NCBI GenBank assembly: GCA_002402545.1
Contig: DHGA01000037.1
Coordinates: 39,180-103,179, forward strand
Direction of reading: 5' to 3'
DNA from: Syntrophaceae bacterium UBA4810
GTDB taxonomy: Bacteria; Desulfobacterota; Syntrophia; Syntrophales; Smithellaceae
Length of the DNA: 64,000 nt
Shown here: positions 1 through 10,049 of the stretch, in pieces
Layout of the letters: each line of letters begins with the position of its first letter
How positions within the stretch are numbered: position 1 is the stretch's first letter
Position numbers and translations under genes: made by a program
The notes under the pieces: model-generated
What the model saw: only the letters and a program-made list of their open reading frames with translations
Database searches by the model: none
Told to the model about the DNA's origin: nothing

Positions 1-780
1 GTTTTAGGCGTCTGCGCCATAATTCTGATTATGCTTTCTACCTATCATGCTGGTGAATACTTCGATTATAGGGAAGACGAAATATCGCACCGCTACTACA
101 GAAGCAAATTTGCCGGAGGGTCAGGTGTGATTCCGGGAGGAAAGCTTCCCCGCGCTGTTCCTTTTTGGACCAGTGTCATCTCTTTTGTGCTCGCCGGAAT
201 TCTTGGGATAATCCTACAATTTTATTTCCAAACTGGAAGGTTCACGCTGCTTTTAGGCTGCTTGGGGGCTTTCCTCGGTTTCTTTTATTCCACCAAGCCA
301 ATAAGACTTGTAGAACGAGGACTTGGAGAAATTTTTATCGGTTTTTGCTACGGATGGCTACCCGTTGCTTCCGCCTACTATATACAAACTGCGACTATTC
401 ATCCGATTATTCATTTGATTTCTATCTCCATCGGGCTAACCATCTTTAACGTTATACTGCTCAATGAATTTCCTGATTATTACGCCGATATGTGCGTCGG
501 CAAAAAGAATCTGCTATACCGCGCAGGTAAAAAAGCTGGGCTGATGATTTACACGGCCTGCGCGCTTTCGGCTTCCGCCGCTATGCTATTATCGCCACTG
601 GGTGGCGTTCCTTTTAAAATCATATATTTTTACTTGCCTGTTTTTATTATTTCTATGTTTATTGTTGCGATGATATTTCGCCAAAAACATGAGGAAAGGA
701 AAATGTTGGAAATTTTGTGCGGGCTGAACATTGTCGTTAATCTCGGCACTTCACTTTCATTTATTTTAGCATACCTCTAA
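1..780 (+). CDS. UbiA prenyltransferase family protein (MenA-like), C-terminal part; ORF open at left window edge
   Basis: Frame 1 has no stop from nt 1. The protein is polytopic and hydrophobic, with 'KPIRLVERGLGEIFIGFCYGWLPVASAYYIQT', typical of the UbiA/MenA second conserved region. The stop TAA overlaps the next ATG (TAATG). Confidence 0.65.
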   Translation, partial: VLGVCAIILIMLSTYHAGEYFDYREDEISHRYYRSKFAGGSGVIPGGKLPRAVPFWTSVISFVLAGILGIILQFYFQTGRFTLLLGCLGAFLGFFYSTKPIRLVERGLGEIFIGFCYGWLPVASAYYIQTATIHPIIHLISISIGLTIFNVILLNEFPDYYADMCVGKKNLLYRAGKKAGLMIYTACALSASAAMLLSPLGGVPFKIIYFYLPVFIISMFIVAMIFRQKHEERKMLEILCGLNIVVNLGTSLSFILAYL

Positions 781-2000
781 TGAAATCAAATAATAAAGTT
801 AAAGCTTTTTATAATCCTCCTTCTCTTTTGTTGCGACAAATGGGTAGCGCTTTGCTCATGGGTTACCTAAACCGCTGGCGACATTTTCCAGGCTGGCTTA
901 TCCATCACGGCTTTCGCTCAATACCAGTAGCCAATGGCTCGCTGGGCATGGGTTGCATCGGGTACCCCGGCCATCCTGTATGGGAAGTAACCAGTGCGTG
1001 TAATTTAAAGTGTATCCATTGTCACGCCACAAGCGATAAAGCCTCTCCCGATGAACTTTCTACTGATGAAGGAAAAAAACTTATCGACATGCTGGCGGAA
1101 AACAGCGAATTCCGCACGTTGATTTATACCGGAGGAGAACCGCTGGTGAGACCGGACATTTTTGAATTGCTTCGTCATTCACAAAAAGCGGGGCTGGCCA
1201 ATATTATAGCTACGAACGGCACTTTGATTGACGAAGAAATGGCTCATAAGCTTAAGGAGCACGGTGTGGTCTGCAACGCCATCAGCGTTGACGCATCAAA
1301 CGCCGCTATTCATGACTTTGTAAGAAATAAACCTGGCTCCTTTGACCTGGCAATGCGTGCTATTGAAGCCACAAAAAAAGCGGGGATACTTTTACAAATT
1401 AATACTACAGCCATGGAATACAACATGCCTCATCTGCCGGAGTTGATTGAATTTGCCGATAATTGTGGCGCGGGCATAATGCTCATGTATCAACTAGTTG
1501 CTGTAGGTCGTGGGGAAAATATTGAAAAAGCAACTCTAAAAAAAACTGCTAATAGATATTTAAGCGGGCTCATCGCCGAAAAACAAAAAACAGCCAAAAC
1601 GATTATCGAACCTGTAGCCGGGCCGCAATACTGGGCTTACCTTCTGGAAAGACAAGGCATTGAGAAAGGTTTGCTGCTAAACCTTGCCGGCAAGGTTTTT
1701 CACGGCTGTTCTGCGGGCAGAGGTTTTGTTTACATCAAAGCCAATGGAGATGTCTGGCCTTGCCCTTTTGTGGAGGTAAGCGCTGGCAATATCCGTGAGG
1801 CCCATTTTAATAAGATTTATTATGAAGCGGAAATATTTCAGAATCTTCGCCATCGTGAAGAAAAATTAAAAGGCGCTTGCGGCGAATGTAATTACAAAAC
1901 TGTTTGCGGCGGCTGCCGCGGCCGCGCCCATGCTTACAGCGGTGACTATTTGGCGGAAGATCCGCGTTGTTACTTAAAAGAAAAATTCAAAAATGCCTAA
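780..2000 (+). CDS. Radical SAM protein with C-terminal SPASM-type Cys cluster
   Basis: 'CNLKCIHCH' is a CxxxCxxC radical SAM motif, followed by 'IYTGGEPL'. The C-terminal region is Cys-rich: 'CSAGRGF..PCPF...CGECNYKTVCGGCRGRA'. Confidence 0.85.
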   Translation: MKSNNKVKAFYNPPSLLLRQMGSALLMGYLNRWRHFPGWLIHHGFRSIPVANGSLGMGCIGYPGHPVWEVTSACNLKCIHCHATSDKASPDELSTDEGKKLIDMLAENSEFRTLIYTGGEPLVRPDIFELLRHSQKAGLANIIATNGTLIDEEMAHKLKEHGVVCNAISVDASNAAIHDFVRNKPGSFDLAMRAIEATKKAGILLQINTTAMEYNMPHLPELIEFADNCGAGIMLMYQLVAVGRGENIEKATLKKTANRYLSGLIAEKQKTAKTIIEPVAGPQYWAYLLERQGIEKGLLLNLAGKVFHGCSAGRGFVYIKANGDVWPCPFVEVSAGNIREAHFNKIYYEAEIFQNLRHREEKLKGACGECNYKTVCGGCRGRAHAYSGDYLAEDPRCYLKEKFKNA

Positions 2001-2139
2001 AATAATTATGCAGAAATACTATTAAATCATATGGCATTAACGCAAAATTTATTTTCCCGGTGACACCCCTCGTCAAAAAGATGAAACGATTTGATTCTGG
2101 ATTCTAATCAAAAAGCGACAAGAGATATTTTTACTTAAA

Positions 2140-3348
2140 TTATTTTTTGATTAATAAGTATAGTTCGCCGTTTTCTTTAAGGCTCCCCGCGGTGGCCATT
2201 GCTTTTTCACCGAAGCCGCAGAATAAATCCACGCGACCGGAGCCTTTGATGGCCGCGCCTTTATCCTGGCTCAGCACAAACCTGGAAAAGGGAACGCGGC
2301 GGACGATATTGCCCCGCTCGTCAAATAGAGGTTTTCTAAGGCGAATAAAAGCCAACGCGCCTTCGGGAAAGTGCTCGGGATCGGTGGCGATAGTTCTGTC
2401 CGCGGTCACCGGCTCACCCAGCGAACCAACCGGTTCGCCGTCGGTAAAACGGAAAAAAATATATCTTTCGTTATAACTGAGAATTTCAAAAAGCTCCGTG
2501 TCGTTCTTTTGCCGTATCAATTTTTTGAAATTACGATAAGAAGCTTCTCTGCCGCTAATCCGGCCTGCATCGAGCATGTATCTGGTAACGGAGCGGAAAG
2601 GCCGTCCGTTATTCTGCGCGTAGGTAACAGTAAGCAGCGTGTTGTCTTCCAGTCTGATTTTTCCCGAACCCTGTATGTGCAGGGAAAACAGCTCCATGGG
2701 GTCATCCACCCAGATAAGCTCCAGACCCTGGCTGCGTAAAACCCCTTCGATATCAATTTCCGCGCGAGTGTAATAAGGAACGAATTCTCCGTTTATTATC
2801 CGTCCTATATTTGCTTCTCCCTTTGCGTGAGGCCTGGCTACCAAATCATGCGGCACGCGATAAATAGGGTATCTGTATTTCTGCGAGGGAGAAAGAGAGC
2901 CTTCAAGCAGGGGCTCGTAATAACCGGTAAAAAGTGCCTTTCCATGTTTTTCAATACTCCCGATCAAATAAACATCAAAGTCCGCGGCAATTATTTGTTT
3001 CAGCTCATCAGACGTCAACGGCTGACGAATTACTTCATTAAAAGCGATAAGCGTCTCTTTTAATTTTGCCGCGCTTACCTGTTTGCCGTCGATCTGATAG
3101 ATTTTATCCTGGCCGGCTTTATTATAATAATTTATGCTGCGCTCAATAGCCGCCTCCAATAAAGAATAATCAAGATCGTCGGCAAACTCGACTTGGGAAG
3201 CGTCCACCAATTCAAAATGTTTCAGTGATATTACATCGGCCTCCGGAGAAACGGGCGGCGCAGAGGGAATCTCCGGCACAGCGCGCATACATCCAGAAAA
3301 AATCGCGGCAATCAGCGCTAGTCGCATAAATTTGAAAATAGATTTCAT
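2140..3348 (-). CDS. mltA: Membrane-bound lytic murein transglycosylase A (MltA-like lipoprotein)
   Basis: Lipoprotein signal 'MKSIFKFMRLALIAAIFSGC'. MltA/3D-domain C-terminus 'DKGAAIKGSGRVDLFCGFGEKA'. Start chosen at ATG 3348, which forms an ATGA overlap with the upstream GNAT stop. Confidence 0.8.
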   Translation of the reverse strand: MKSIFKFMRLALIAAIFSGCMRAVPEIPSAPPVSPEADVISLKHFELVDASQVEFADDLDYSLLEAAIERSINYYNKAGQDKIYQIDGKQVSAAKLKETLIAFNEVIRQPLTSDELKQIIAADFDVYLIGSIEKHGKALFTGYYEPLLEGSLSPSQKYRYPIYRVPHDLVARPHAKGEANIGRIINGEFVPYYTRAEIDIEGVLRSQGLELIWVDDPMELFSLHIQGSGKIRLEDNTLLTVTYAQNNGRPFRSVTRYMLDAGRISGREASYRNFKKLIRQKNDTELFEILSYNERYIFFRFTDGEPVGSLGEPVTADRTIATDPEHFPEGALAFIRLRKPLFDERGNIVRRVPFSRFVLSQDKGAAIKGSGRVDLFCGFGEKAMATAGSLKENGELYLLIKK

Positions 3349-3803
3349 AATTCCATGATCATCGCGGTTTCGTCGCAATAGTCGGGATATTTGGAGCAGC
3401 GGAAACAATCCGACCAAATTTTTTCCGGCAATGTGGCGCGGTCAACTTCATGAAATCCTAATTTTGCAAATAAATCTTTTTTATAAGTAAGGGTGAATAC
3501 TCTGAAAAGCCCCAGTGTGATTGCCTCGGAAATACACGCTTCCACCAGGTTTCTGCCGATGCCCCGGCCGCGATAATCCTCCTCCACGCAAAGCGAACGT
3601 ATTTCGGCAAGATTTTCCCAGATAATATTCATCGCGCAAACGCCGGCCACCAGTTCTTGTTCTTCGTCGTAGTAAACATAGAAATCCCGCAGCGATCCGT
3701 AAATATCCATCAACGAACGCGAAAGCATCTCACCCTTTCCCGCCGCGACATTTATCATACGGTGAATGCTTTTTACATCGGAAACGCGCGCTTTTCTCAG
3801 CAT
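3345..3803 (-). CDS. GNAT family N-acetyltransferase
   Basis: Acetyl-CoA binding motif 'YRGRGIGRNLVEACISEA' in a 152-aa protein. Confidence 0.8.
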   Translation of the reverse strand: MLRKARVSDVKSIHRMINVAAGKGEMLSRSLMDIYGSLRDFYVYYDEEQELVAGVCAMNIIWENLAEIRSLCVEEDYRGRGIGRNLVEACISEAITLGLFRVFTLTYKKDLFAKLGFHEVDRATLPEKIWSDCFRCSKYPDYCDETAMIMEL

Positions 3804-3808
3804 CTACT

Positions 3809-5512
3809 TTATTCCTTTTTCCCAGCGCCGGCTGTTTTTGTGCCGCTGATCATCTCCAGGGCATGCTTTCTGGTTGTTTCGGTTACATCCACACCGCCGA
3901 GCATGCGGCTGATTTCTTCTATCTTCTGTTTTTCATCCAGTTTTTCCACAGAGGTTGTCGTTCTTCCCTTGGCTACTTTTTTGGAAACATATAAATGTCC
4001 TTCACCGTAGCAGGCAATCTGCGGCAAATGCGTGATGCAAATAACCTGATGATTAGCGGATACTTCTTTTAGTTTTCTTCCCACAATTTCCGCGGTAGCG
4101 CCTCCAATGCCGTTATCCACTTCATCAAAAATAACCGTGGCCACGGAACCGGTGCGCGATAAGACATTTTTCAGCGCCAGAATGATGCGCGACAGCTCTC
4201 CGCCGGAGGCGATTTTGTTGAGCGGCTTTTGTCCCTCACCCGCGTTTGCCGCCAGGTAAAATTCTATCTCGTCTCCTCCTTTGGGGCCGTAATCTTCAAC
4301 TTTCTTGTCCGCGGCTCTTTTTTTGAAAAAAGCCTCAAAAGAAGCGTGTGGCATATTCAGCTCATGAATTTCACGCTCCACGGAGTTTTTGAGCTTGGCC
4401 GCGGCTTCTTTCCGGCGCGCGGAAAGAGCAAGAGCGTTTTTGGTCAGGTCTTCTTTGATTACCGCTTCTTCGCGTCCCAGTTTTTCCAGCTCTTCCTCCA
4501 CGGAAAAAACCTGCTTGAGCTCTTCTTCGATTTTCTGTTTCTGCAGCAAAACGCTCTCCATCGTGCCGCCGTGTTTGCGTTTTAGACGCCCCAGCATCTC
4601 CAGACGCTCATCAATTTGGGCGAGGCGTTCCGGATCGAAAAAAAGTTTTTTGCTGTAATCGCGCAGATTCAGCGCCGCTTCCTGCAGCGAAATAAAATTG
4701 GCTTCAATATCCGTATCGGCAAGCACAAGCGAAGCGTCGATATTTTTAATCTGGCGCACCTGATTTTGCACTTCCTTTATTTTTACGCACGCGGAATCTT
4801 TATCGCCGTACAGCAAGTCATAAGATTGCCCGGCTAAATCCACAAGTTTCTGCGAGTTGAGCAGAACTTTTTTTTCATCAGCCAGCTGATTATCTTCACC
4901 GGGCTGTGGATCGATATCGGCGATTTCTTTAAGCTGAAATTTGAGCAGTTGCGTTTTTTCCTCACGACTGCGCCGTAAATCTTCAAACTTTTTTATCCGC
5001 GCTCTTACTTCTAAAAATTGACTATAAACCTTTGAATATTCACTGAATAAATCAAGACAACCACCGAATTCATCAAGAATATCAACGTGATTATCCTCGT
5101 TTAAAATAACCTGATGCTCGTGCTGGCCGCAAATATTTATCAGGGATTCGCTCACTGACGCCAGGTTTGCCAACGTCGCCATCTGGCCGTTAATTAACGC
5201 TTTGTTTTTCCCCGAGCGAGAAATTACCCGGCGGATTACCAGCTCTTCGGAAGCGGAAAAGCCCATTTCTTCAAGTTTTTGCCGCAGGCCGTTGTACGCG
5301 CTGATGTTGAATAGCGCTTCCACAACCGCGGAATCTGTCTGCGAGCGGATCATGTCGGAAGTAGCCCGCTCCCCTAAAAGAAGACTGACCGCGCCGATAA
5401 TAATCGATTTCCCGGCGCCTGTTTCTCCGGAAATAATATTCAGGCCATCGCCGAAAGCGACATTAAGCTCGTCAATAATAGCGAAATTTTTAATGCTCAG
5501 GTCGTTCAGCAT
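3809..5512 (-). CDS. recN: DNA repair protein RecN
   Basis: N-terminus 'MLNDLSIKNFAIIDEL..GLNIISGETGAGKSIIIGA' (Walker A), a long coiled-coil middle, and C-terminal 'ASGGELSRIILALK..VIFDEVDNGIGG' (SMC signature and Walker B). Start taken at ATG 5512. Confidence 0.9.
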   Translation of the reverse strand: MLNDLSIKNFAIIDELNVAFGDGLNIISGETGAGKSIIIGAVSLLLGERATSDMIRSQTDSAVVEALFNISAYNGLRQKLEEMGFSASEELVIRRVISRSGKNKALINGQMATLANLASVSESLINICGQHEHQVILNEDNHVDILDEFGGCLDLFSEYSKVYSQFLEVRARIKKFEDLRRSREEKTQLLKFQLKEIADIDPQPGEDNQLADEKKVLLNSQKLVDLAGQSYDLLYGDKDSACVKIKEVQNQVRQIKNIDASLVLADTDIEANFISLQEAALNLRDYSKKLFFDPERLAQIDERLEMLGRLKRKHGGTMESVLLQKQKIEEELKQVFSVEEELEKLGREEAVIKEDLTKNALALSARRKEAAAKLKNSVEREIHELNMPHASFEAFFKKRAADKKVEDYGPKGGDEIEFYLAANAGEGQKPLNKIASGGELSRIILALKNVLSRTGSVATVIFDEVDNGIGGATAEIVGRKLKEVSANHQVICITHLPQIACYGEGHLYVSKKVAKGRTTTSVEKLDEKQKIEEISRMLGGVDVTETTRKHALEMISGTKTAGAGKKE

Positions 5513-6395
5513 TTTTTCTTTTCCCCGTCCCTGAAGGCAAACCACTCCAACCAAGCTTGGAGCGCAAAATTTCCCAGTAACCGCGGTGCGGCGAAAGAAC
5601 CAATTTTACCGCGTATCTGGATTTTTTTATCATCACCGCGTCACCGGATTTTATCTGGTAGGTCTCCTGACCGTCCAGGGTTACCGTGGCGCCTTTTTCT
5701 TTCGACCAGAGAGTTATGTTCAAATCCGCGTCATGCGGAAAAATTATCGGCCGATTTGTCAGGGTGTGCGGGCAAATGGGGTTGATAATAATCAATTCTT
5801 TCCCCGGAAAAACAATCGGGCCGCCCGCGGAAAGAGAATAAGCAGTGGAGCCGGTGGGAGTGGAAATAATCAGTCCATCAGCTTTATAAGTTGTGAGGTA
5901 CTCTCCGTTCACCGATGTTTCCAATTCTGTTATCCGCGAAAGATTCCCGCGATTGATTACCACGTCATTGAGCACTTCGCCCGCTTTAATTAAAGAAGCG
6001 CCGTTTTTTATCGACACGGAAAGCATCATCCTTTTTTCCACTAAATACTTACCGCGCAAAATCAAATCAAGCGCGTCATGTAATTCGTTTAAATTTATTT
6101 CTGTAAGATAGCCAAAACTGCCCATATTGACGCCCACAATGGGAACCTTATACCGGGCAACGTGGCGCGCGGTGCGCAGCATCGTACCGTCACCGCCAAA
6201 GACAACGAGCAGCTGTGATTTTCTCGCTAAATCATCCCAGTTAAGCGCGCCGGTCAAACCCATTTTGCCGGCCAGTTCGCGCGCCAGAAAAACCTTCACG
6301 CCTTTTCTTTCCAGCCATTTTTTCAGCGTGCTTATATGCCGGGTGATATTCGCCTTTTCAATGTTGGCGACAATGCCGATTGTCCGGATTTTCAT
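5490..6395 (-). CDS. nadK: NAD+ kinase
   Basis: Contains 'GGDGTMLR' and 'STPTGSTAYSLSAGGPIV' NAD kinase motifs. Conserved nadK-recN synteny. The 3' end overlaps the recN start. Confidence 0.9.
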   Translation of the reverse strand: MKIRTIGIVANIEKANITRHISTLKKWLERKGVKVFLARELAGKMGLTGALNWDDLARKSQLLVVFGGDGTMLRTARHVARYKVPIVGVNMGSFGYLTEINLNELHDALDLILRGKYLVEKRMMLSVSIKNGASLIKAGEVLNDVVINRGNLSRITELETSVNGEYLTTYKADGLIISTPTGSTAYSLSAGGPIVFPGKELIIINPICPHTLTNRPIIFPHDADLNITLWSKEKGATVTLDGQETYQIKSGDAVMIKKSRYAVKLVLSPHRGYWEILRSKLGWSGLPSGTGKRKNAERPEH

Positions 6396-6569
6396 GGATT
6401 TTTAACCTCGAAATATGAAGCTCACTAACACAAAAAAAACCTTGTGTCTATGGATAAATATGCGCCGGAAACGCTTGGACACAATCAATTTTCGGCTGTT
6501 TTCTGCACGATTAATTCTTGACAGTCACCCTATGCTTAATATACGTTGCCGGCCTGCGAGGTGCTGACT

Positions 6570-7637
6570 ATGGGATTACTTAAAGGTGGTTTTTCTTTCG
6601 CGCGTTTTCATGTGGAAGATGATTTACCTCGGGATTTTTTGAATTCTATCAACAAGCAAATTAAAGCTTGCGCTTATCGGGATCAGCAAAAATCCACACA
6701 GGAAAAAAGTATGGGCTGGGTTTCGCTGACTGACGTGCTGGATGCCGATTTTAAACACGCGGATTATATTCTGGGCGATTATCTTATTTTCTGTCTGCGT
6801 ATTGACCGAAAACTCATCGCGCCCAAACTCCTGAAGTTAAAACTGCTGGAGGAAGAAAGGCGGTATCTGGCCCAAAGTGGCAAAGAAAGAATCGGAAAAC
6901 AAACCGCGGCGGGCATAAAGGAAAAAGTAGAGATGGAAATGATGTCCCGACAAGACGCCGTGCCTTCTTTTTATGACCTCTTATGGTCGCTCGGGAAAAA
7001 TACCGTTTATTTTTCCTCGCTGACGGACAAAGTAGCCGATGACTTTGCTGTTTTATTTAAAAATTCTTTCGCTCTGAACCTTAAGCGATTTTCGCCGCAG
7101 GATAAAGCAGCTCAGCTTAAAGGCGCTTTCGAATCACCTGATTCAATATCCCTGATCGGACGCGAATTTCTGACCTGGCTCTGGTATAAATCCGAAGAAC
7201 GCGGCGGCAACATCGCGCTTACCTCCGGGAAAGAAGTAGAACTTCATTTTTTAAAAAGAATCGCGCTGGAAGCGGGCGAGGGAGAATACGCCCAGGGCGT
7301 TGTCTGCTCCGGATTGCATGCCGAGCTGAAAGAAGGGAAGGAAGCGCTGCGCCAGGGGAAAAAGGTAAAGGAAGCGGGAATCAGGCTTATTCATGACAAA
7401 AACGAATGGGAATTTATTTTCAAGGCTGATACCTTCGACATTCAATCTCTGAAATTGCCCGTAACGCAACCACCGGAAAACCCACAGGACAAAGAAGGAA
7501 ATCTTCTGGAAAGAATTTATCTGATCGAAGCAGCCGTTAAAATAATTGATGATCTGTTCGACGCCTTCTTAAAGGTGCGGCCAGCCGACAGATGGAAAGA
7601 AGAACTTAAAAAGATTTCCCGCTGGCTGGAAAATTAA
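6570..7637 (+). CDS. RdgC-like recombination-associated protein
   Basis: Size and N-terminus 'MGLLKGGFSFARFHV' resemble RdgC family proteins. The assignment rests on overall resemblance only, with no diagnostic catalytic motif. ATG 6570 preferred over the upstream TTG. Confidence 0.5.
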   Translation: MGLLKGGFSFARFHVEDDLPRDFLNSINKQIKACAYRDQQKSTQEKSMGWVSLTDVLDADFKHADYILGDYLIFCLRIDRKLIAPKLLKLKLLEEERRYLAQSGKERIGKQTAAGIKEKVEMEMMSRQDAVPSFYDLLWSLGKNTVYFSSLTDKVADDFAVLFKNSFALNLKRFSPQDKAAQLKGAFESPDSISLIGREFLTWLWYKSEERGGNIALTSGKEVELHFLKRIALEAGEGEYAQGVVCSGLHAELKEGKEALRQGKKVKEAGIRLIHDKNEWEFIFKADTFDIQSLKLPVTQPPENPQDKEGNLLERIYLIEAAVKIIDDLFDAFLKVRPADRWKEELKKISRWLEN

Positions 7638-7652
7638 TCACCGTTTATAAAA

Positions 7653-8303
7653 TCAAACATAGAGATGGGGCAACATAATGTTTTCCAGATTTTTTCTTTG
7701 CTTCTCAAAATCATTATTATTTTTCAATTGCGGCAATTTGATTTTAGGATAAAAGCGTATGGTGATCCTGGCAAAAGGCTTGGGAATAAAAAACCTATCC
7801 CAGCTTTTCATATACCAGGCGCGATCCGCATACGCAGATGCTGGAACAAGAACAGCATCCGCGCCGTAGGCTATCGCGATAGCGCCGGGTTTTACCACAC
7901 CCGCGGGGCCGCGCGGCCCATCTATAATATGCGCGCCGAATCCGTTTTTTGAAAGCATTTCTATCATACCTTTCAAAGCGGCTTTGCCACCGCGCGAAGA
8001 CGAGCCGCGGGCAACAGAAACGCCGCCTGCTTCGACAATCCGCGTGGCAATGTCTCCGTCCAGGCTGCGGGAAATCATTACACACGGTTTGTATTTACGG
8101 TATTTGGAAAGTAATCGCACAGCGATAAAAAAATGCTGATGCCAAATACAAAGCAAAACCCGGCCTCCTTTGTCCAGTACTTCTATCCATTGAGGCTCAT
8201 TTTCCATCTTAACGCGAAATGTCGCCGAATAAAGCCGGATGATCGCGTAAAGAACCTTTCCCGCGAATTTGGTGGTGACTATTTTACGCAGCTTTTTAAA
8301 CAT
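7653..8303 (-). CDS. DUF374-type lysophospholipid acyltransferase family protein
   Basis: 'SRSLDGDIATRI..ARGSSSRGG..IIDGPRGP' pattern typical of DUF374/LPLAT proteins. Confidence 0.65.
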   Translation of the reverse strand: MFKKLRKIVTTKFAGKVLYAIIRLYSATFRVKMENEPQWIEVLDKGGRVLLCIWHQHFFIAVRLLSKYRKYKPCVMISRSLDGDIATRIVEAGGVSVARGSSSRGGKAALKGMIEMLSKNGFGAHIIDGPRGPAGVVKPGAIAIAYGADAVLVPASAYADRAWYMKSWDRFFIPKPFARITIRFYPKIKLPQLKNNNDFEKQRKNLENIMLPHLYV

Positions 8304-8441
8304 TGTATATTTTCTCCTGAAACAGACTTTAGCAAATCTTTTAAGTCAAAACAAATTAATTTTCGCTTGATTATCAATACTTTTATTGTTTAGATAAATG
8401 GCGTGACCCCTTACACTGACGGAAGCAAAGGATAATTTTTT

Positions 8442-10010
8442 ATGAGCGATCCCCGATTAATCGAGGCAATGAACAAACCGGATTTTTACCCCCACAAACC
8501 TGGTTTTGTAGAAACCGTGCAAACGCACATATCCTACGTCTTTATCGCCGGCGATATTGTTTACAAAGTCAAGAAACCTGTTAACTTCGGATTTCTGGAT
8601 TTCACCACACTCGAGAAAAGAAAATTTTATTGTGAAGAAGAATTAAGACTAAACCGGCGATTGGCTCACGGTATCTACCTGCGCGTTGACCCTCTTGCCA
8701 TAAACGATAAAGGGATTTTTGTCGCCGGAGAGGGAAAAACGATTGTGGATTACGCGGTTGTAATGAAAAAACTCCCTTTGGACAAGATGCTGAAAACATT
8801 GCTTGCCCAGGGACAAGCCGACGAAAAAATCATGGACGCGATAGCCGCAAAAATCGCCGCTTTTCACAAAGAGGCGCAAACAGGCGGTCACATCGATGAA
8901 ATGGGAAATGTTAAAACTATCCGTCATAATCATGAGGAAAATTTCGCGCAAACAAAAAAATACATAGGAATAACCATCTCCGCGTATCAGTATGAATTTA
9001 TCAGCGCCTATGTTGAAAATTTCCTGTCAAAAAACGAAATCCTTTTCAAAAAACGAGTAAGCGAACACAAAATCCGCGATTGCCACGGTGATTTGCATCT
9101 GGAGCATATTTGTGTTGCCGATGATATTATAATTTACGACTGCATAGAATTTAACGAACGCTTCCGCTGCTCCGACGTGGCCGCAGAAGTCGCTTTTTTC
9201 ACGATGGACCTTGATTTCAACGGTTATGCTTCATACGCGGAATCATTTGTGCGCTCGTATCTCAAATATTCCGGCGACAGCGATTTGCTCAAGCTGCTTG
9301 ATTTTTACCGCTGTTACTACGCTTACGTGCGCGGAAAAGTTATAAGTTTTCGACTGGACCAAAAAGAAATGCCGGAAAATGAAAGGCAGGATATCGCAAA
9401 AACGGCGGCAAAATATTTTGAGCTTTCCTATAATTATGCCGCGCGGCTGGAAAAACCGGTTTTAATTCTGACCGCGGGACTGATGGGTTCGGGAAAAAGC
9501 TATCAGGCGCGCACTTTATCCAAAATCCTTGGAGCCGAAGTAATCCGCACCGATTCATTACGCAAGGAAATGCTTAATATCGACCCGACACAACAGCGCC
9601 GCGAAGATTTCGGTCAGGGCATTTATTCCGATGATTCTTCCCGCCGAACCTATGAAAAAGTCTACGAGCTTGCCGCTGGGTATATCAAGCAGGGAAAACC
9701 GGTGATCATTGACGCGTCTTTTAAAAAGCGCGCCGAAAGACAGAAGGCTTACGCGCTGGCAAAAAATTTGGTGGTGCCTTTTTACGTAATCGAATGTTAC
9801 TGCCCTGATGATGTCACCAAAAAAAGATTGGACAAAAGAATAAGGGAAAACAACAGTATCTCCGACGGACGCTGGGAAATATTTCACGAACAGAAAGCGG
9901 ATTTTGAAACGATTGACGAATTCTCAGATGAATTTCACTTTAAAATTGATACTTCCGCCAATCCGGAAAAAGATCGGCAGAATATTATCAGAAAATTAAA
10001 ACTTGGTTAA
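8442..10010 (+). CDS. Bifunctional phosphotransferase (APH-like kinase fold) / AAA-type P-loop kinase protein
   Basis: The N-terminal half has 'HGDLHLEHI..YDCIEFN', a kinase catalytic/DxD-like region. The C-terminal half has the Walker A 'LTAGLMGSGKSYQA'. Confidence 0.7.
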   Translation: MSDPRLIEAMNKPDFYPHKPGFVETVQTHISYVFIAGDIVYKVKKPVNFGFLDFTTLEKRKFYCEEELRLNRRLAHGIYLRVDPLAINDKGIFVAGEGKTIVDYAVVMKKLPLDKMLKTLLAQGQADEKIMDAIAAKIAAFHKEAQTGGHIDEMGNVKTIRHNHEENFAQTKKYIGITISAYQYEFISAYVENFLSKNEILFKKRVSEHKIRDCHGDLHLEHICVADDIIIYDCIEFNERFRCSDVAAEVAFFTMDLDFNGYASYAESFVRSYLKYSGDSDLLKLLDFYRCYYAYVRGKVISFRLDQKEMPENERQDIAKTAAKYFELSYNYAARLEKPVLILTAGLMGSGKSYQARTLSKILGAEVIRTDSLRKEMLNIDPTQQRREDFGQGIYSDDSSRRTYEKVYELAAGYIKQGKPVIIDASFKKRAERQKAYALAKNLVVPFYVIECYCPDDVTKKRLDKRIRENNSISDGRWEIFHEQKADFETIDEFSDEFHFKIDTSANPEKDRQNIIRKLKLG

Positions 10011-10049
10011 CGACAAAGCGGATAAATTACAGCAGCCCGACGCGCATCA

